64,000 bases of DNA from Octopus sinensis (GCF_006345805.1 NC_043014.1:25296001-25360000); one strand, 5' to 3'; counted from the first letter of the stretch, positions 22,122 through 35,086 are shown. The notes: a model not told the origin generated them from the sequence alone. Translations and numbers: made by a program.

Positions 22122-23810
22122 GATTATTTTTTTATTGCCCACAAGGGGCCAACATAGAGGGGATAAACATACATGCAGGGACAATTAACACATGAAAAAT
22201 GAATAAAATGAAATTTTACAATGAAGTTGAAATGGTCATCCCGGCCCTGCTCCTGGATGATTGCGTGATTTATTTCAAACAAAGAGTCTCTAACAGTTCT
22301 TTAAAAATAATCTCAATTTACCATTTTATGTCACTTTTAATGTCATCATAATTCACCACTGGGGTGCTGGGTTTAATACTCACCTCGGCCCCAGTAGATT
22401 TACATCTGAAGGAAAAGCTTCTTTCTGAGTTCTATATTTTCCTTCCTCCATCAGAATACATCTTATATCCTTATTATATCCCTTTGAAAGATTCACCCTA
22501 ATGATCCTTTTCATTTTCGCTATTTTCTTCTCCAGATTTTGAGTTGTATGATAAGTCACTAAAAAAATTTTGTTTCTCTGTACATCTTGTGTGTCTGCGT
22601 GCTGTGTCTGTGTTTCTGTGCTTTTATGTTTCTGTAACTCTGTTATCAGGTATCTGTCTGTCTCTATTTCCATGTGTTAGTATGTCTGTGTGTTTATGTA
22701 TCTGTGAGTCTGTATGTTTGTGTGACTGTAAGTCTATGTTTGCTTGGTGCTACTGTTCTGCTTGTGGCATTTTTCTTCAGTGATCCCAAGGGCATACTGC
22801 TTCTTCTTGTCATTATTGGTTGGTCCAATTCCTCCTGTACTTTATGTTTCTTCTGTTGTTGCTCCGTTTTAGGTGGTGAACTCCTCCTCTCTCTCTCTTC
22901 CTTTGTTTTGGTCTCCATAAACTCTGTGTTCTGTTCCACTTCCATTACGCCTTCTTGTATTTCTATTTCTGTGGTTTCCATCGTTTTTTGTGGACACCTT
23001 CTAATGTGCCCCTTCTCTCCACATTCAGAACACGTCAGAGGTCTCCCCTCTAACATTACATTTAGTTTGTCTTCATTGGGCAGCTCCAATGTTTCTGGTA
23101 TATCTTCGTACTCTTTTTGATTCACCATAAAAATTATCTCTACCTCAATCCCCCCAACAATTTGCTTGTTGGGTTCGGTTTATCATTATTATTTCCACCT
23201 TCTTGTTGTCTCTTTTCTCTCTTGTGGTGAAACTTGCTGCTGTTATCCATTCTGGATCGATTCTAGGTGGGATCCTACCCACCCTAATTCTGGTAACTCG
23301 TTTACCCAGGTAAGTGGGCAGGAGTGTCCATTTTTCTCCCTGTAGTACCTTAGTGGAATGTCTTTTTGCCTCCTCTTCTGAGACAAAGGTAACCACCACT
23401 GAAGTGTTATGCTTTCCTTTAATTTTTCCAGACATTTGCCCACCTCCCCCTGCATTGCATTCTTCAGCTTCTTACTTTTTTTTGAAAAAGTCCTATAAAT
23501 TATCACTGCTTTCCATCTTCACCTTGTCTTCCTCTGGTGGGGTCAACTTTGTGTTTGACCCCTCCCTCTTTACCATATATTGATATTTCCAAAGCAGGTC
23601 TAAATTACAATGCAGTTCATTCTGTTTCAGCAATCCTGGGATGACAGAACCCTGACTTCCCGTTGCTGCCGCATAGCTCTTCGTTTTGCTCATCCATCAC
23701 AGGCCACCAAATAAAGATGGCGCCACACACAAAAAACTGTTGCTAAGCAGCACAACACACTCCTCAGCACAAACCAATCCTCAGTATAAAACCATCCTCA
23801 CAAAACAAAC
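22122..23810 (-). mobile_element. Element E: ORF1-only Tx1-clade retroelement (~1.69 kb), different ORF1 lineage but same 3' tail
   Basis: ORF1 pieces 23493-23693, 23145-23435 (LLPTYLGKRVTRIRVGRIP) and 22694-23128 (LEGRPLTCSECGEKGHIRRCP). No EN or RT. Tail CTATGTTGGCCCCTTGTGGGCAATAAAAAA. Confidence 0.85.
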
Positions 23811-23825
23811 TTACACTAAGAATAA
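23811..23825 (-). repeat. Target-site motif copy between E and F
   Basis: TTATTCTTAGTGTAA on the minus strand. Confidence 0.9.
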
Positions 23826-25545
23826 GGTGATTTTTTATTTCCCACTAGGGGGACAACATAAAATGGGACAGCACAGTCTGATTGGGGGGTCAGATTAACG
23901 AATGATATTTACACAAAGATGAATTTTAAAATGTTTAACAAATATAAAAATGGATGATAACACAGAACGGAAGACACTACCAATGGAGTGGGTAGGTGGG
24001 CTCAACTCTGACCCCATGAGCCCCGCCTTACCACTGATGCCTGAGACTCGCGTTGCATCGCATTCAAGAGGTACCATTCATACACAACATTCGTACAACA
24101 TTCATCCATCGATTGTCAAACATTTTCGCAGTCAGGCATTTTCTCTCTAGCCCTATTTTCCTTTTCAGGTGAAAGGTGAAATAATTCACCGATTCAGGGC
24201 AAGAGATGAAGATGCCTCACTCTAACCCTTTCAGCCTCGTCTTCCAAATCACCTCTCTTGCAATTGCTACTACAATGAGAAAACAATTCTTACCTTCTTT
24301 TGAACGGAAATCAGGCTGGTCAGTTTTTAGTATAGATTCAGTTGATAGCTGTACTCTTCCTGCACTTGATAACAGATGTTCAGCATAAACCCACACGTCT
24401 GACACCTCTAAACACTGAACAATAGCGTGTGGGACAGTTTCCCTATCCCGCTCGCATCTTGGACAGGTCGAAGGGCAGTGGCCACCATGCCTTGTGAGCT
24501 TGTCCCAAACCAGTAAGGCTCTTTGGTAACACTACCATGCCAGAGACTTCTGAAAGTTGTCCAGGGTCTTCAGCTTGAATGTACATTGGAACAGACTGGC
24601 CAGCTGATTATCGTCGAGATCTAGGGTTTCCCGTAAGGTATCGTCATATTCCGTCTCTACAAGCCCTCTATAAAAGAATGTGGTGGAACCACCACCACAG
24701 GCATTGCCCGAGCGATGGAATAGCAGGTGTGTCTTTCGACACTCCATAAACCATGTACCCAATTTCGATCTATGATAGAACCAGGTTTCCCATCCACCGA
24801 AACTAGTGAACTTGGGAAACATCTGTTTCGCTAGTGAAGACCACACCCATTCACCACCCAGGTAGAGCTACAGATGCCTCAACCTCAGCACATGTCTGCA
24901 CATCAACAGCCAAGGCATCCCTAGCCCACCCTTTAACAGTTGTTGGCAGCAAATAGAGTGTCTCACAAGCGGTTTCGAGCCCTTCCACAAGAAGTGAAAT
25001 AGCTGTCTTTCCAGCTCGATCAACCACAAATCAGGGCAAGGAACAACGGTTAGGCAGTAAGTGATGACTGATATGATGAACGCATTGGTTACCTTCACCC
25101 TCCCTTTCAGGGATAGCCACCACCAAGACAAGGTCTTGACTATGTGGGTCACCCTGCTCGATACCTCAGCCTAGTTCTTCTCTATTTGGAGGTCTGGTCT
25201 GAACCAAACTCCTAGCAACTTAATTGGACCCTCCATTCAACGTCTCACAACACTGTCAGGGGGCATCGACTTGCCTCTCCAGGTTCCAAGCTGCAAGCCG
25301 ACTGACTTTTCATGATTAACTTTTGCTCCTGCTACCGTCCTGTAAATCTTAATGGCCTTGCCTACCCTCTGTAGATGATCCATGTCGGTTACGATGATGA
25401 TGTCATCTACGTCAGCTGAAACCGACTTTCCACAACCTGGCTGTCTCAGGATGCCACTCAATTTTTGCAGTAATGGCTCAAAAGCCATCACATACAAAAG
25501 CGAGGAGAGCGGACACCCTCAATGAACCGAGTATTCCAAGTAGAA
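23826..25545 (-). mobile_element. Element F: 3' half of an ORF2-coding Tx1-clade LINE, 5'-truncated at the inverted-repeat element
   Basis: RT C-terminus (GCPLS.LLYVMAFEP, VDDIII, GAKVNHEKSVGL), GGLGMP, LDNFQKSLAW and the C-terminal ORF2 region. 3' tail GTCCCCCTAGTGGGAAATAAAAAA abuts the target motif. Confidence 0.9.
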
Positions 25546-27615
25546 CAGCCCCTAGATGTGACATGATGTAGTTTATATATACTAAAAAGCTGGTGGTGAA
25601 ATTATATGATATAGTAGTGCAATCCATCAGTGCTAACGAAATTTAGTTAACCAATAGAATTTCAATGCTTTTAGCATTTGTAGGTGCAGTTACTTCCCCT
25701 GACAGTGGCTGCCTATATTAGTTGGACAATAGAGGGCATATGCAAAATTAAGGTTCAGAGATTCACTTCCTCTTTTGGCATCTTGACGTCGTAGAGCAAA
25801 AATGTGATCTAGATGGCTCTCTCACACCACACACCAGCTAGCAGACAGGAGGCAATGCACAGGAGAAGATCATAGCCTCCACACATCAAACCATTTCCAT
25901 TCATCATTCAGCTTGTATATATATGTGTTGGCCACATTAAAGGTATTTAAGTTACCACCTTGTTCCATGTATTTCTTTATACTGTGTTCCTGTCAAATGA
26001 TATTACAGCCTTCTGAAGGGAGTCATGTTTAGATGGCTCCACAACCATGATACAAATAGACCACTACTCCATCTAAACATCTGTTGTGTTCACGAAATGA
26101 TTTTTGGGACAGTTACCACAGCCTATGGTGTTATAAACAGCACATCCAGGCTAAGTTGGATGTGTTAATTCATTTTTGTTACAAAGGCTGCTTCTCTCGC
26201 TAATTTTAGCTAATCTATACACAGCGTACCAGCTTTTCACAACATCACTGGGTGTTCGGCTAGCACAATTCTATGTCGGTTTGATTGTTATTCGGTGCCG
26301 TTCACCTGAACTACTGAGTCGATGTTGTCATAAATCTGAATGATCCAGCTGTAACATCAATTCCCCGTTTACTAGACGTGAATAAAGTATTTTATTATGT
26401 CGGCTACGGTTGAGTGATTCCAACCTGCAACAGCAGGGGATTGTACAGAGCTGTGCCAATATAAAGTAGGCTAAATATAGTAATATTAGTATAGTAATAA
26501 TAATGATAAAAATAATAATAATCATCCATGGATGGAATTTATTAATATTTTAAAATATTTATAAATTCCATCCATGGATTTGTAGCGCTTAGTGAAATAC
26601 ATTATCTCTCTTTGAGAGATATCATACAAATGCGGATGTGGCGTATAACAGCCGGCCTTCCACTGCTTGGGCCCAGTTGTGTCCGCTACTCTGATTGGTT
26701 GGTTTTGGTGCAGTTTTAACTCTTGCTTTGAATTGACAACAAATGCTAAAAACCATTGAAATTCTATCGGTCAACTAAATTTCGTTAGCACCGGCAGATG
26801 GCACTGCTGTACCATTGTATTAATTTCATTGTATTGTGGATAATCAACAGTAGAAAGCCAAGCACCGAATAACAATCAAACCGACATAGAATCGTGCTAG
26901 CCGAACACCCAGTGATGTTGTGAAAAGCTGGTACGCTGTGTATAGATTAACTAAAATTAGCGAGAGAAGCAGCCTTTGTAACAAAAATGAATTAACACAT
27001 CCAACTTAGCCTGGATGTGCTGTTTATAACACCATAGGCTGTGGTAACTGTCCCAAAAATCATTTCGTGAACACAACAGATGTTTAGATGGAGTAGTGGT
27101 CTATTTGTATCATGGTTGTGGAGCCATCTAAACATGACTCCCTTCAGAAGGCTGTAATATCATTTGACAGGAACACAGTATAAAGAAATACATGGAACAA
27201 GGTGGTAACTTTAAATACCTTTAATGTGGCCAACACATATATATACAAGCTGAATGATGAATGGGAATGGTTTGATGTGTGGAGGCTATGATCTTCTCCT
27301 GTGCATTGCCTCCTGTCTGCTAGCTGGTGTGTGGTGTGAGAGAGCCATCTAGATCACATTTTTGCTCTACGACGTCAAGATGCCAAAAGAGGAAGTGAAT
27401 CTCTGAACCTTAATTTTGCATATGCCCTCTATTGTCCAACTAATATGGGCAGCCACTGTCAGGGGAAGTAACTGCACCTACAAATGCTAAAAGCATTGAA
27501 ATTCTATTGGTTAACTAAATTTCGTTAGCACTGATGGATTGCACTACTATATCATATAATTTCACCACCAGCTTTTTAGTATATATAAACTACATCATGT
27601 CACATCTAGGGGCTG
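25546..27615. mobile_element. 2.07-kb non-coding element with ~750-bp near-perfect inverted arms (foldback-like element or local palindrome)
   Basis: Arm 25546-26298 (753 bp) is the reverse complement of 26862-27615 (754 bp), with only about 3 substitutions and one 1-bp indel seen. Spacer 563 bp. Termini CAGCCCCTAG...CTAGGGGCTG. No TSD and no ORF. The repeat structure is certain; its identity as a transposon is not. Confidence 0.75.
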
Positions 27616-28228
27616 ATTTGCCCCTAGATACATTACGTAAAGACAGCCTTCAAGAAACCAGTTACTTGTTACTTAACAGCAGCACTAGAATCTAGATAAA
27701 TCAGAAGCACAAAGTTCTACTTGGAATACTCGTTTCAAAAGAAGAAATTTAAAGGGTGAAAGCAAAGTTAACTTCGATGGGATCTGAACTCAGAACACAA
27801 AATGTTTTGCTTATACTCCAGCAGCTTACCCTGGATTTTCTTCAGCTATGGTTTTCAAAAATTTCAAAAATTTTGACATGTCCAGAGACTTAAAATATCA
27901 TTTTCATAGTAGAATGCATATTTCTTTCCACTTTCATTGCTGGAGAGCCCATTTTGAATTCATACTTCATACTGTCTCTGACTGAATTGGATCTGATCTA
28001 AACTTCATTTTAAAAAGAATAAAATCTATTCGAATTTAACCATTATGGCATAAAGTAATCTGCAAAGAAAACAACCTTTTAGCATGTAAAAATTAATGCT
28101 TATTTTACTATTTTTATTGAAAAAGTACCCTCAAAGTGATTATATAAAAAATGCAACAGGTCTTACGAGCTAGTATTTTATATATATACATGTATATAAA
28201 GACAATTACACACCTGAGTCCTTTATCC

Positions 28229-28255
28229 CTATCTATCTATCTCTCTATCTATCTC

Positions 28256-28332
<77 letters not shown>

Positions 28333-28350
28333 TTGTCTGTCTGTCTGTCT
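28229..28350. repeat. (TATC)n/(TGTC)n microsatellite
   Basis: Directly visible. Confidence 0.95.
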
Positions 28351-28949
28351 ATATTCATATACAGTAATGTTCTTTGGTGCCATGACTGCTCTTTCACACA
28401 ACCATGGTACCTGACTCTGAAAAATACTACCAATCTTTTGTTATTGGTTTTAATTAGCAGTATTCTCAGAAACCTCTTATTCTGCTTTGTATCATTTCTG
28501 TTTTCTATTCTGTTTTGTTTAGTAAGCAACAACCTCTAAGCACCATGATAGCTGTATAATCCTTATTACTGCTGTTGGTTATGAATTATTATTGCTTCTA
28601 TATTGATATTTTCATAAATTTATATAATCTCACCTATGCCATTTAGGTAATATTATCTTCCACTCTCGTTATTGTCACCACACTCTGAATCCCTAATTAA
28701 GTGTCTTCTCTTTCTATTCAGTTTTAAAGTTTTTGGTAAACTCTTATTAAATGCTTGATTGCCGAATGTACCCATTATCTTAATTTCATTTCCAACTCAG
28801 ATCTGAGTGTAATAAAGCTGTCACAAAATAAAATAAAACAAAATAAATCTGATAGAATGAATAGCAGGGAGATATGCATATATTGTTAACTCAAACATTT
28901 TCCTACAGCGTGATTATGAACAAGACTGCTTGGCTCTTTTTCTCTCTCC

Positions 28950-31900
28950 CACCACTAACATACACACTGACTGCTCTGAAGCAGTAAATCTTTTGAATAA
29001 ATGGATAAAACAGGGCAGAGTGGGTGGATGGTATAGCAATATGAATAGAATTAACAAAATAAAAGTTTTCCGTGACAATTATGTTATAACAAGATGAAAT
29101 GTTGGGCATGGAGACCCCACAAGCCACGACCTAGCACTGCTCTCACACAGAAGACCAAGGTGTTCCGTTCAAGTTGGCCATATTCTAACTTAACAATCGT
29201 GTCACTGCATCCATCTAGTTTTAAACTCTCTCTCTCTCCTTACTTTTCTTTTTAGAAGAAACGAGAAATATTTAATTAAACCGAAACCATCTTAATTCCT
29301 TTCACTCTCATCAGCCATACGACCTCTTTGGCTACAGCTACCGAGCAGAAAAAGGTTGCCTACCTTTCCTAACTAAGGGAAGGAGGTAGAACAATCTTAA
29401 TGATGGACTCAGTTCATAACTGTACTCCTCCTTGATACAACAGCAGCTGTTCTACGTAAACCCAAAGATCTGAAATCAACAGACACTGTACGATAGTGTG
29501 CAGAATAGTTTCATTGCTCTGCTTGCATCTCAGACATGTCTGTGTGTCTGCATATACCTAAAGTGTCTATTGCAAACAAGCAAAGCTCCTCGATAGCACT
29601 GTGAGGCCAGGGATTTCTGATAGTTATCCATGGGCGCTGGCCCAAACATCCTCCAGAACAGACTGGTGAGTTGACCATCATCGAGGCCTAGAATTTCCTC
29701 CACAGCATCATCACACTTACCAGCCCCTAACTCTCTATAAAATGACGAGGTGGAATCCTCACCGCTTGCATTGCCTGTCCAGCAGAGAAGTCAGAGAGCC
29801 TGACAGCACTCTGCTTGCCAAGCACCCAGCCCAGGTCTATGCTTGATCCATGAGTTCAATTTGCTAAAAGAGTCGAACTGTGGGAAGATCAGTTTCATGA
29901 AGGGTGACCATACCTGTTCGCCATCTATGTAGAGCCGGAGATGTCTCAACCTTAGTGAATGTCTGCGCATTTTAGCCCTCCATTTAGCAGTAGTTGACAG
30001 CAAATAGAGCATCTGACAAGTGGACTCCTGTCTCTCCACAAAAAATTTGAAAAGCAGGCACTCCAGCATGACCAGACATGAATCTGGGCAAGGTGCGATG
30101 GTTAGGCGGTAGATGATGATGGATGTGATTGTCACCTCTGCCCTCCTTTCAGGGACAGCTTCCTCTCAGCCCATTTCTTGGTGAGATTGACCACTCTGCT
30201 CGTAACCTCACCCCAGTTTCTTTCTATTTGGAGGTCTGGACCAAACCGGACCCCGAGCAATTTCACCAGGCCACATGATCAATGTCCTACAACATTGTTA
30301 GGTGGTATCAACCTGACTCTCCAGGTGCTGAGCTGCAGGCTGACTGACTTATCACGGTTTATTTTTGCCCCTGATACTGCTTCGTACTCCCTAATGGCAT
30401 CACCTACTAGAATCAGGTGTCTGTCAGGATACAATGACAGTGATGTCGTCTGCATATGCTGGCATGGATCTCCCACACCCCAGATCACATGGGATTCCCC
30501 TCAAGGTCTCCAATTTCTGCAGTAATGGCTCAAGGGCCAGAACATACAGAAGGGAGGGTAGGGGACATCCTTGGCAAACTGAATGCACGATACTAATGGC
30601 TCTGAAAGATAACCATTCATTTGAACTACTACTTTAATGTTACTATATAATGCAGTGATCCAACTGCAGAAGGCTGGGCCAAACCTGGCCACTTCGAGGA
30701 CTGCTACCAGATAGTGATGGTCAACCCTATCAAATGCTTTAGACTGATCTAAATGTATCAGTGCCCCTCCCAGGAATATTAACCACCTTGTCTATGGTGT
30801 AGCATATGAGGTGGAGTTTGTCGTGGATTGTTCTGGATGGACTGGCGCATATTTGTGCTTTCCCAACCAGTTTGTCTGCAACAAATGCCAACCTCTTGCC
30901 TAGCACCTTGGCCAAAATCTTCAGCTCTGCATTAAACAGAGTGATGGGCCTAAAGTTATCTATAACGTCCCCATTGTTTGGGTCCTTTCTTAGCAGCACC
31001 ATGGTCCCCTGGCTCACAGAGCTAGGAATACTCCTATTCTGTTGCCTGTTGGTGTAGATATTTGCCAGTAGGTTCCCAAACAAGTGTGTCATATTACAAT
31101 AGAATTTGTAGGGCAGACCACCTAGACCCAGCAATTTTCTCCCAATGCAGCCCGATAGGCTTCTTCCACCTCCACAGCTGTGATCAACCCTTCACAGCAC
31201 TCTGCCTCCTGCACTGAGAGTCACAGTAGACCAATCAGGAAGTCCAAGAAGTCCATCCAGCGATCCAGCTCACCTCTCATCCTGAATAACCGAGCGAAAT
31301 GCTGGTGAAGGACCTTACACATCTTTGTTAACTGTACATCCATTTTGCTCAACCAAAGATCATATGGTGGCTTTGTTGCCACGTTGGTTCTCTGCCATAC
31401 AGGCCCATTTCGCGGCATTGATTCCCTCTTGTCTTATAGCACGTAACTTAGCTCTGACAATGCAACCTTTTTGCTTGACATTGAGGTGTTGGTCAAGGGC
31501 CAATCTCACTGCCAGTATGTTAGAAGCATTGTCTGATTTTAGTGCCTCTTCTAGTGTGCAAGCTAATTCCCATTCTATTCTGCTTTTTTCTAATGCTAAA
31601 ACTTTGCTATATCTACGTAACTCAAATTTGATGGCTCTTTTTAGGGCATACCACCAGTTGTTATTGATGATGGCTGTTAGTGCCCTTTTCACTAATTCAC
31701 TAACCTGGTCACTGTAGGCATTGCATGCCAGGAGTGATATGTTTAGCTTCCAGTAACCAAGGCCCAGTCTACAAAATCTAAGTCAAGCTTACAGATCACA
31801 AACTTGTGATCCATATAACTGACGATCTAAAATTGTGGACATCTAACACTAGATTTACCACCTAACTTAATGAATTCTTTATCTAAGTAAGATCTGGTAG

Positions 31901-33880
31901 ACCAGGTGCTGTTGGTCCATGCCCACATAGGAGCATCTGGGTGATCCATTCTAAACCTGTCAGCCAGTTGAAAGCTACTGAGCAGGTTAGTGAGGCAAGT
32001 ATTCCCTTTTCTATTTAGAGTTGAGCTAACACAATCCACACATGCATCTAGGATTGTGTTAAAGCCACCTACTAACACGAATGTGCTTGACGTCCCAAGG
32101 AAAGCCTCTAGGAGTCTGAAGTCGTCAGATTGCTCTGTATCATTTGGGGCATATACTGCAACCAGTCTGAAGGCACTTACACTGCTATGTGTCATGTCAA
32201 GGACAACCAGCTTGCTTAAATTTCTAAATCCAGGCCTTTCCGGAATAAAACCACAATTCTCCCACCTCCTCTAGACTGGCTTGGAGATATGTAGATCTGA
32301 GAACCATCGAAGAGGGGCTTGTGACCCGGTCAGCCTAGTTTCACTGGTGTCTATGATATCCAAATCCTATGACCTGAGAATGTTTAACAAGCAAGCTTAC
32401 TTTCAATATGATCCCAGGCCACGCACATTAATACTGCCTAGCTTGAATGAAACCATGATGAAAAGAATTTATTATTTATTTGGTGATGGTGAGGGTTAGA
32501 TTTATCCCCCCCTCTCATTATGACTTGTGTGGCATTGTTGATTAAGTTCTGGTAAATGTTCCAATGTGGTTAGGATGTTGTTCTTTCAGTTCTGTATATG
32601 AATGACAGTCAAGTTTTATTATTTTGATGTGTTCAGGAATTTTTGAATGTGAGGGGGAGGCATTGAAAGGTGATATGTGGGTATTTTCGATTATATGTTC
32701 TGTTAATTGTGTGTTCTTTGCACTGATTGGCATGATGTTGAAGACAGATTCAGGAGAATGAGGTTCAGGTGTGTGTGTAGAGGGGAGGTGCTTGTATTGT
32801 GGTGTGTGTCTGTGGGCAGGTGGGAGGTTGGGGAAGTGTTTATTCTTTTCCTTCTTTTTTTAGCCACCTCTTCCCATTCTTGTTCTGTTGTGGGGTTATC
32901 TTCCCTTTTTGTGGTAGTGTTTGTGCTGGTGGGTGTAGGTTTTGTTTGTTGGTATTATCTTTTGGGGGTCTTATTTGTCTTGGTGTCCTGGTAGTATTGT
33001 TGGTGGTATTGGGTTGGTGTTGGTTACTTTGGCCAGGTATTTTGGAGGCCCATCTGGTGGAGGGTGGCCCGTTTCTAAGGTATCTAATGGGCAAGAGCTA
33101 ATGTGACGCTTTTAACCACATTTGTAACATCTGGGCCTTCGACCCTCCACCATGACTCGGAGGGCTGTGCCATCTGGTAAATTTATTAAATCAAGCATAA
33201 TCTCGAGATCCTGCTGTGTGGCCCCACCAGTTTTGTAAGCACAGTTTCATGACCTGTAGTATGGAAACACTACTTTCCAAATCAAGCAAAACAGTGACCA
33301 CAAGCCACATCACATCAGTTTCTGGTGGGACCATCCTAATTTTTAGTTTGGATGTATGTTTACCCATGTAAGTAGGCAGTAGCACCAGTTTGTTGGTTTT
33401 CACAGGCACTGTGGAGTTTTCGTTTGCTTCTTCTTCGGAAGTGAACCTTACCTCCACAGTGCCATATCTTTTTCTTCTTGCTATGTATGTGAGCTGTAGG
33501 CACTTTTCTATTGTTTCCTTTGGCATATGTTTGACTTTATATAGTTTTTAGTGAAAGAGGTTTAAATATTGTTTTTCTAGCTATTTGTTGAATTATATCA
33601 CTGGGTGTGGTTAAATTTATGTTGTTCCCTTCACACTTTGCTAAGCTTTTATATTTTTCTAGGTCTGACTGAGTAATCTTTAGGTTTTCCTGGTTTATAG
33701 TTTGGTTTGGTTTGGTTTGGTTGATTCATTTTCTTTGTTGGTTAATTCCTTTTCACTGTTGCGAATTGGGGTGTCCTTTGTAGAATCTGTTGTATATTTC
33801 TGGGTATTTACTTGGTTCACCTCCTCCTGTTCACAAAGGGAAGTGCTGGGAACATTACTTAGTACATCTCGTCAAGCCTG
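28950..33880 (-). mobile_element. Element H: near full-length L1/Tx1-clade LINE (~4.9 kb), degraded
   Basis: ORF1 (YIARRKRYGTVEVRF, 33191-33526, plus knuckle region). ORF2 starts at 32456 (MVSFKLGSINVRGLG), then AVYAPND...LVGGFN, NFRPITLFNAELKILAKVLGKRL, AYADDI (~30445-30460) and a C-terminal C/H region near 29400-29530. The 3' boundary is approximate. Confidence 0.9.
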
Positions 33881-34105
33881 TTAGTATTGGGGGTGTTGTC
33901 AACATTTTGGCCAGAAGCTATAATTTAAAAAAAGTGTAAATAGATTACATAAGAAGAAGTTACAAAAAAAATTTCAATTTGTCCCTTAATGGGGGAATTT
34001 CTAAACTCAATAACTCACGTGAGGGAAAAACATCTGCACAGCCAAAATTGTTGAACCTTCATACATTGTCTAACAACAGGAGAATCTATCATATATATAT
34101 ATATA

Positions 34106-35086
34106 TGTATCAAGAAGTACTGTCTTGAAAGTAATGACAGCCTTTGAGAAAAAGGGAAAAACCTCCTCGTCAAAACAAAACTCCGGAAGAAAACCAAAAC
34201 TTTCAGATAGAAACTGTCGAACTCTTACACGAATTGTTAGAAAGGATCACAAAAGTACAGCTCCCAAAATTACTGCAGAGCTTAATGACCACCTCAAGAA
34301 CCCAGTTTCCACAAAAACTGTTTGCTGGGAGCTGCACAAAGCTGGATTTCATGGGAGGGCTGCATTCAGAAAACCACTACTTTCAAAAACAAACATTGCA
34401 AAGCATTTAGAGTGGAGTAAAAACCTACAGAGTTGGTCCCTAGAGCAGTGGAAGAATGTTATTTTCTCGGATAAGTCATCCTTTAACTTACTTCCGACAA
34501 CTGGCTGAATATACGTGTGGAGACAGCCAAAAGAAGCATTTGATCCTGACTGCCTTCTTCCAACTGTTAAACATGGAGGAGGACCTGTGATGATCTGGGG
34601 GGGTTATATCTTGGAAATCCACCAGCCCAATGTTTTCCCTTCATGGCAGAATTAATAGTCAAGACTATTTAAGCATTTTATCTGATCAAATTCATCCTAA
34701 GGTTGCAGAATTATTTCCGGAGGGAAACGCAATCTTTCAGGATGATAATGCACCAATTCACACAGCTAAAGTTGTTACTGAATGGCATGAGGAACATTCT
34801 AGTGAAGTTGAACATCTTATCTGGCCGTCACAGTCCCCAGATCTCAATATTGTTGAACATTTATGGTGCATTTTAGAAAAACAAGTAAGAAGTCAATATC
34901 CTCCACCATCATCACTACAAGAACTGGAGACTGTTTTAGCTGAAGAATGGACAAAAATTCTGTTGGAAACAATTCAAACCTTGTACAAGTCCATACCTCA
35001 GAATTCAAGCTGCTAAAGGCAGTCCTACCCATATTAAAATAAATTTGTTTGAAATTTTAAGGTGTTTCCATTATTTTGTCCAACCC
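34106..35086 (+). mobile_element. Tc1 (DD34E) transposon, 5'-truncated
   Basis: ORFs 34125-34508 (SGRKPKLS...W.NVIFSDKSSF) and 34630-35016 (FQDDNAPIH...SPDLNIVEHLW). Right TIR-like end GGTGTTTCCATTATTTTGTCCAACCC. Confidence 0.92.

Noticed and set aside
25546-27615. Interpretation of the inverted-repeat element as a DIRS or Polinton remnant
   Set aside because: No tyrosine recombinase, RT, integrase or polymerase remnants. The termini lack Polinton (AG)n-type ends, and the internal copy is subterminal and diverged rather than complementary to the ends.
33853-33870. CATTACTTAGTACATCTC at the 5' end of element H resembles the mariner target motif
   Set aside because: It is in the wrong orientation relative to H, matches only partially, and no mariner UTR or transposase adjoins it.
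33885-34090. Segment between H and the Tc1 that looks like a DNA-transposon end
   Set aside because: No partner TIR, TSD or coding evidence in the window. It does not match the Tc1 right TIR at 35060-35086.
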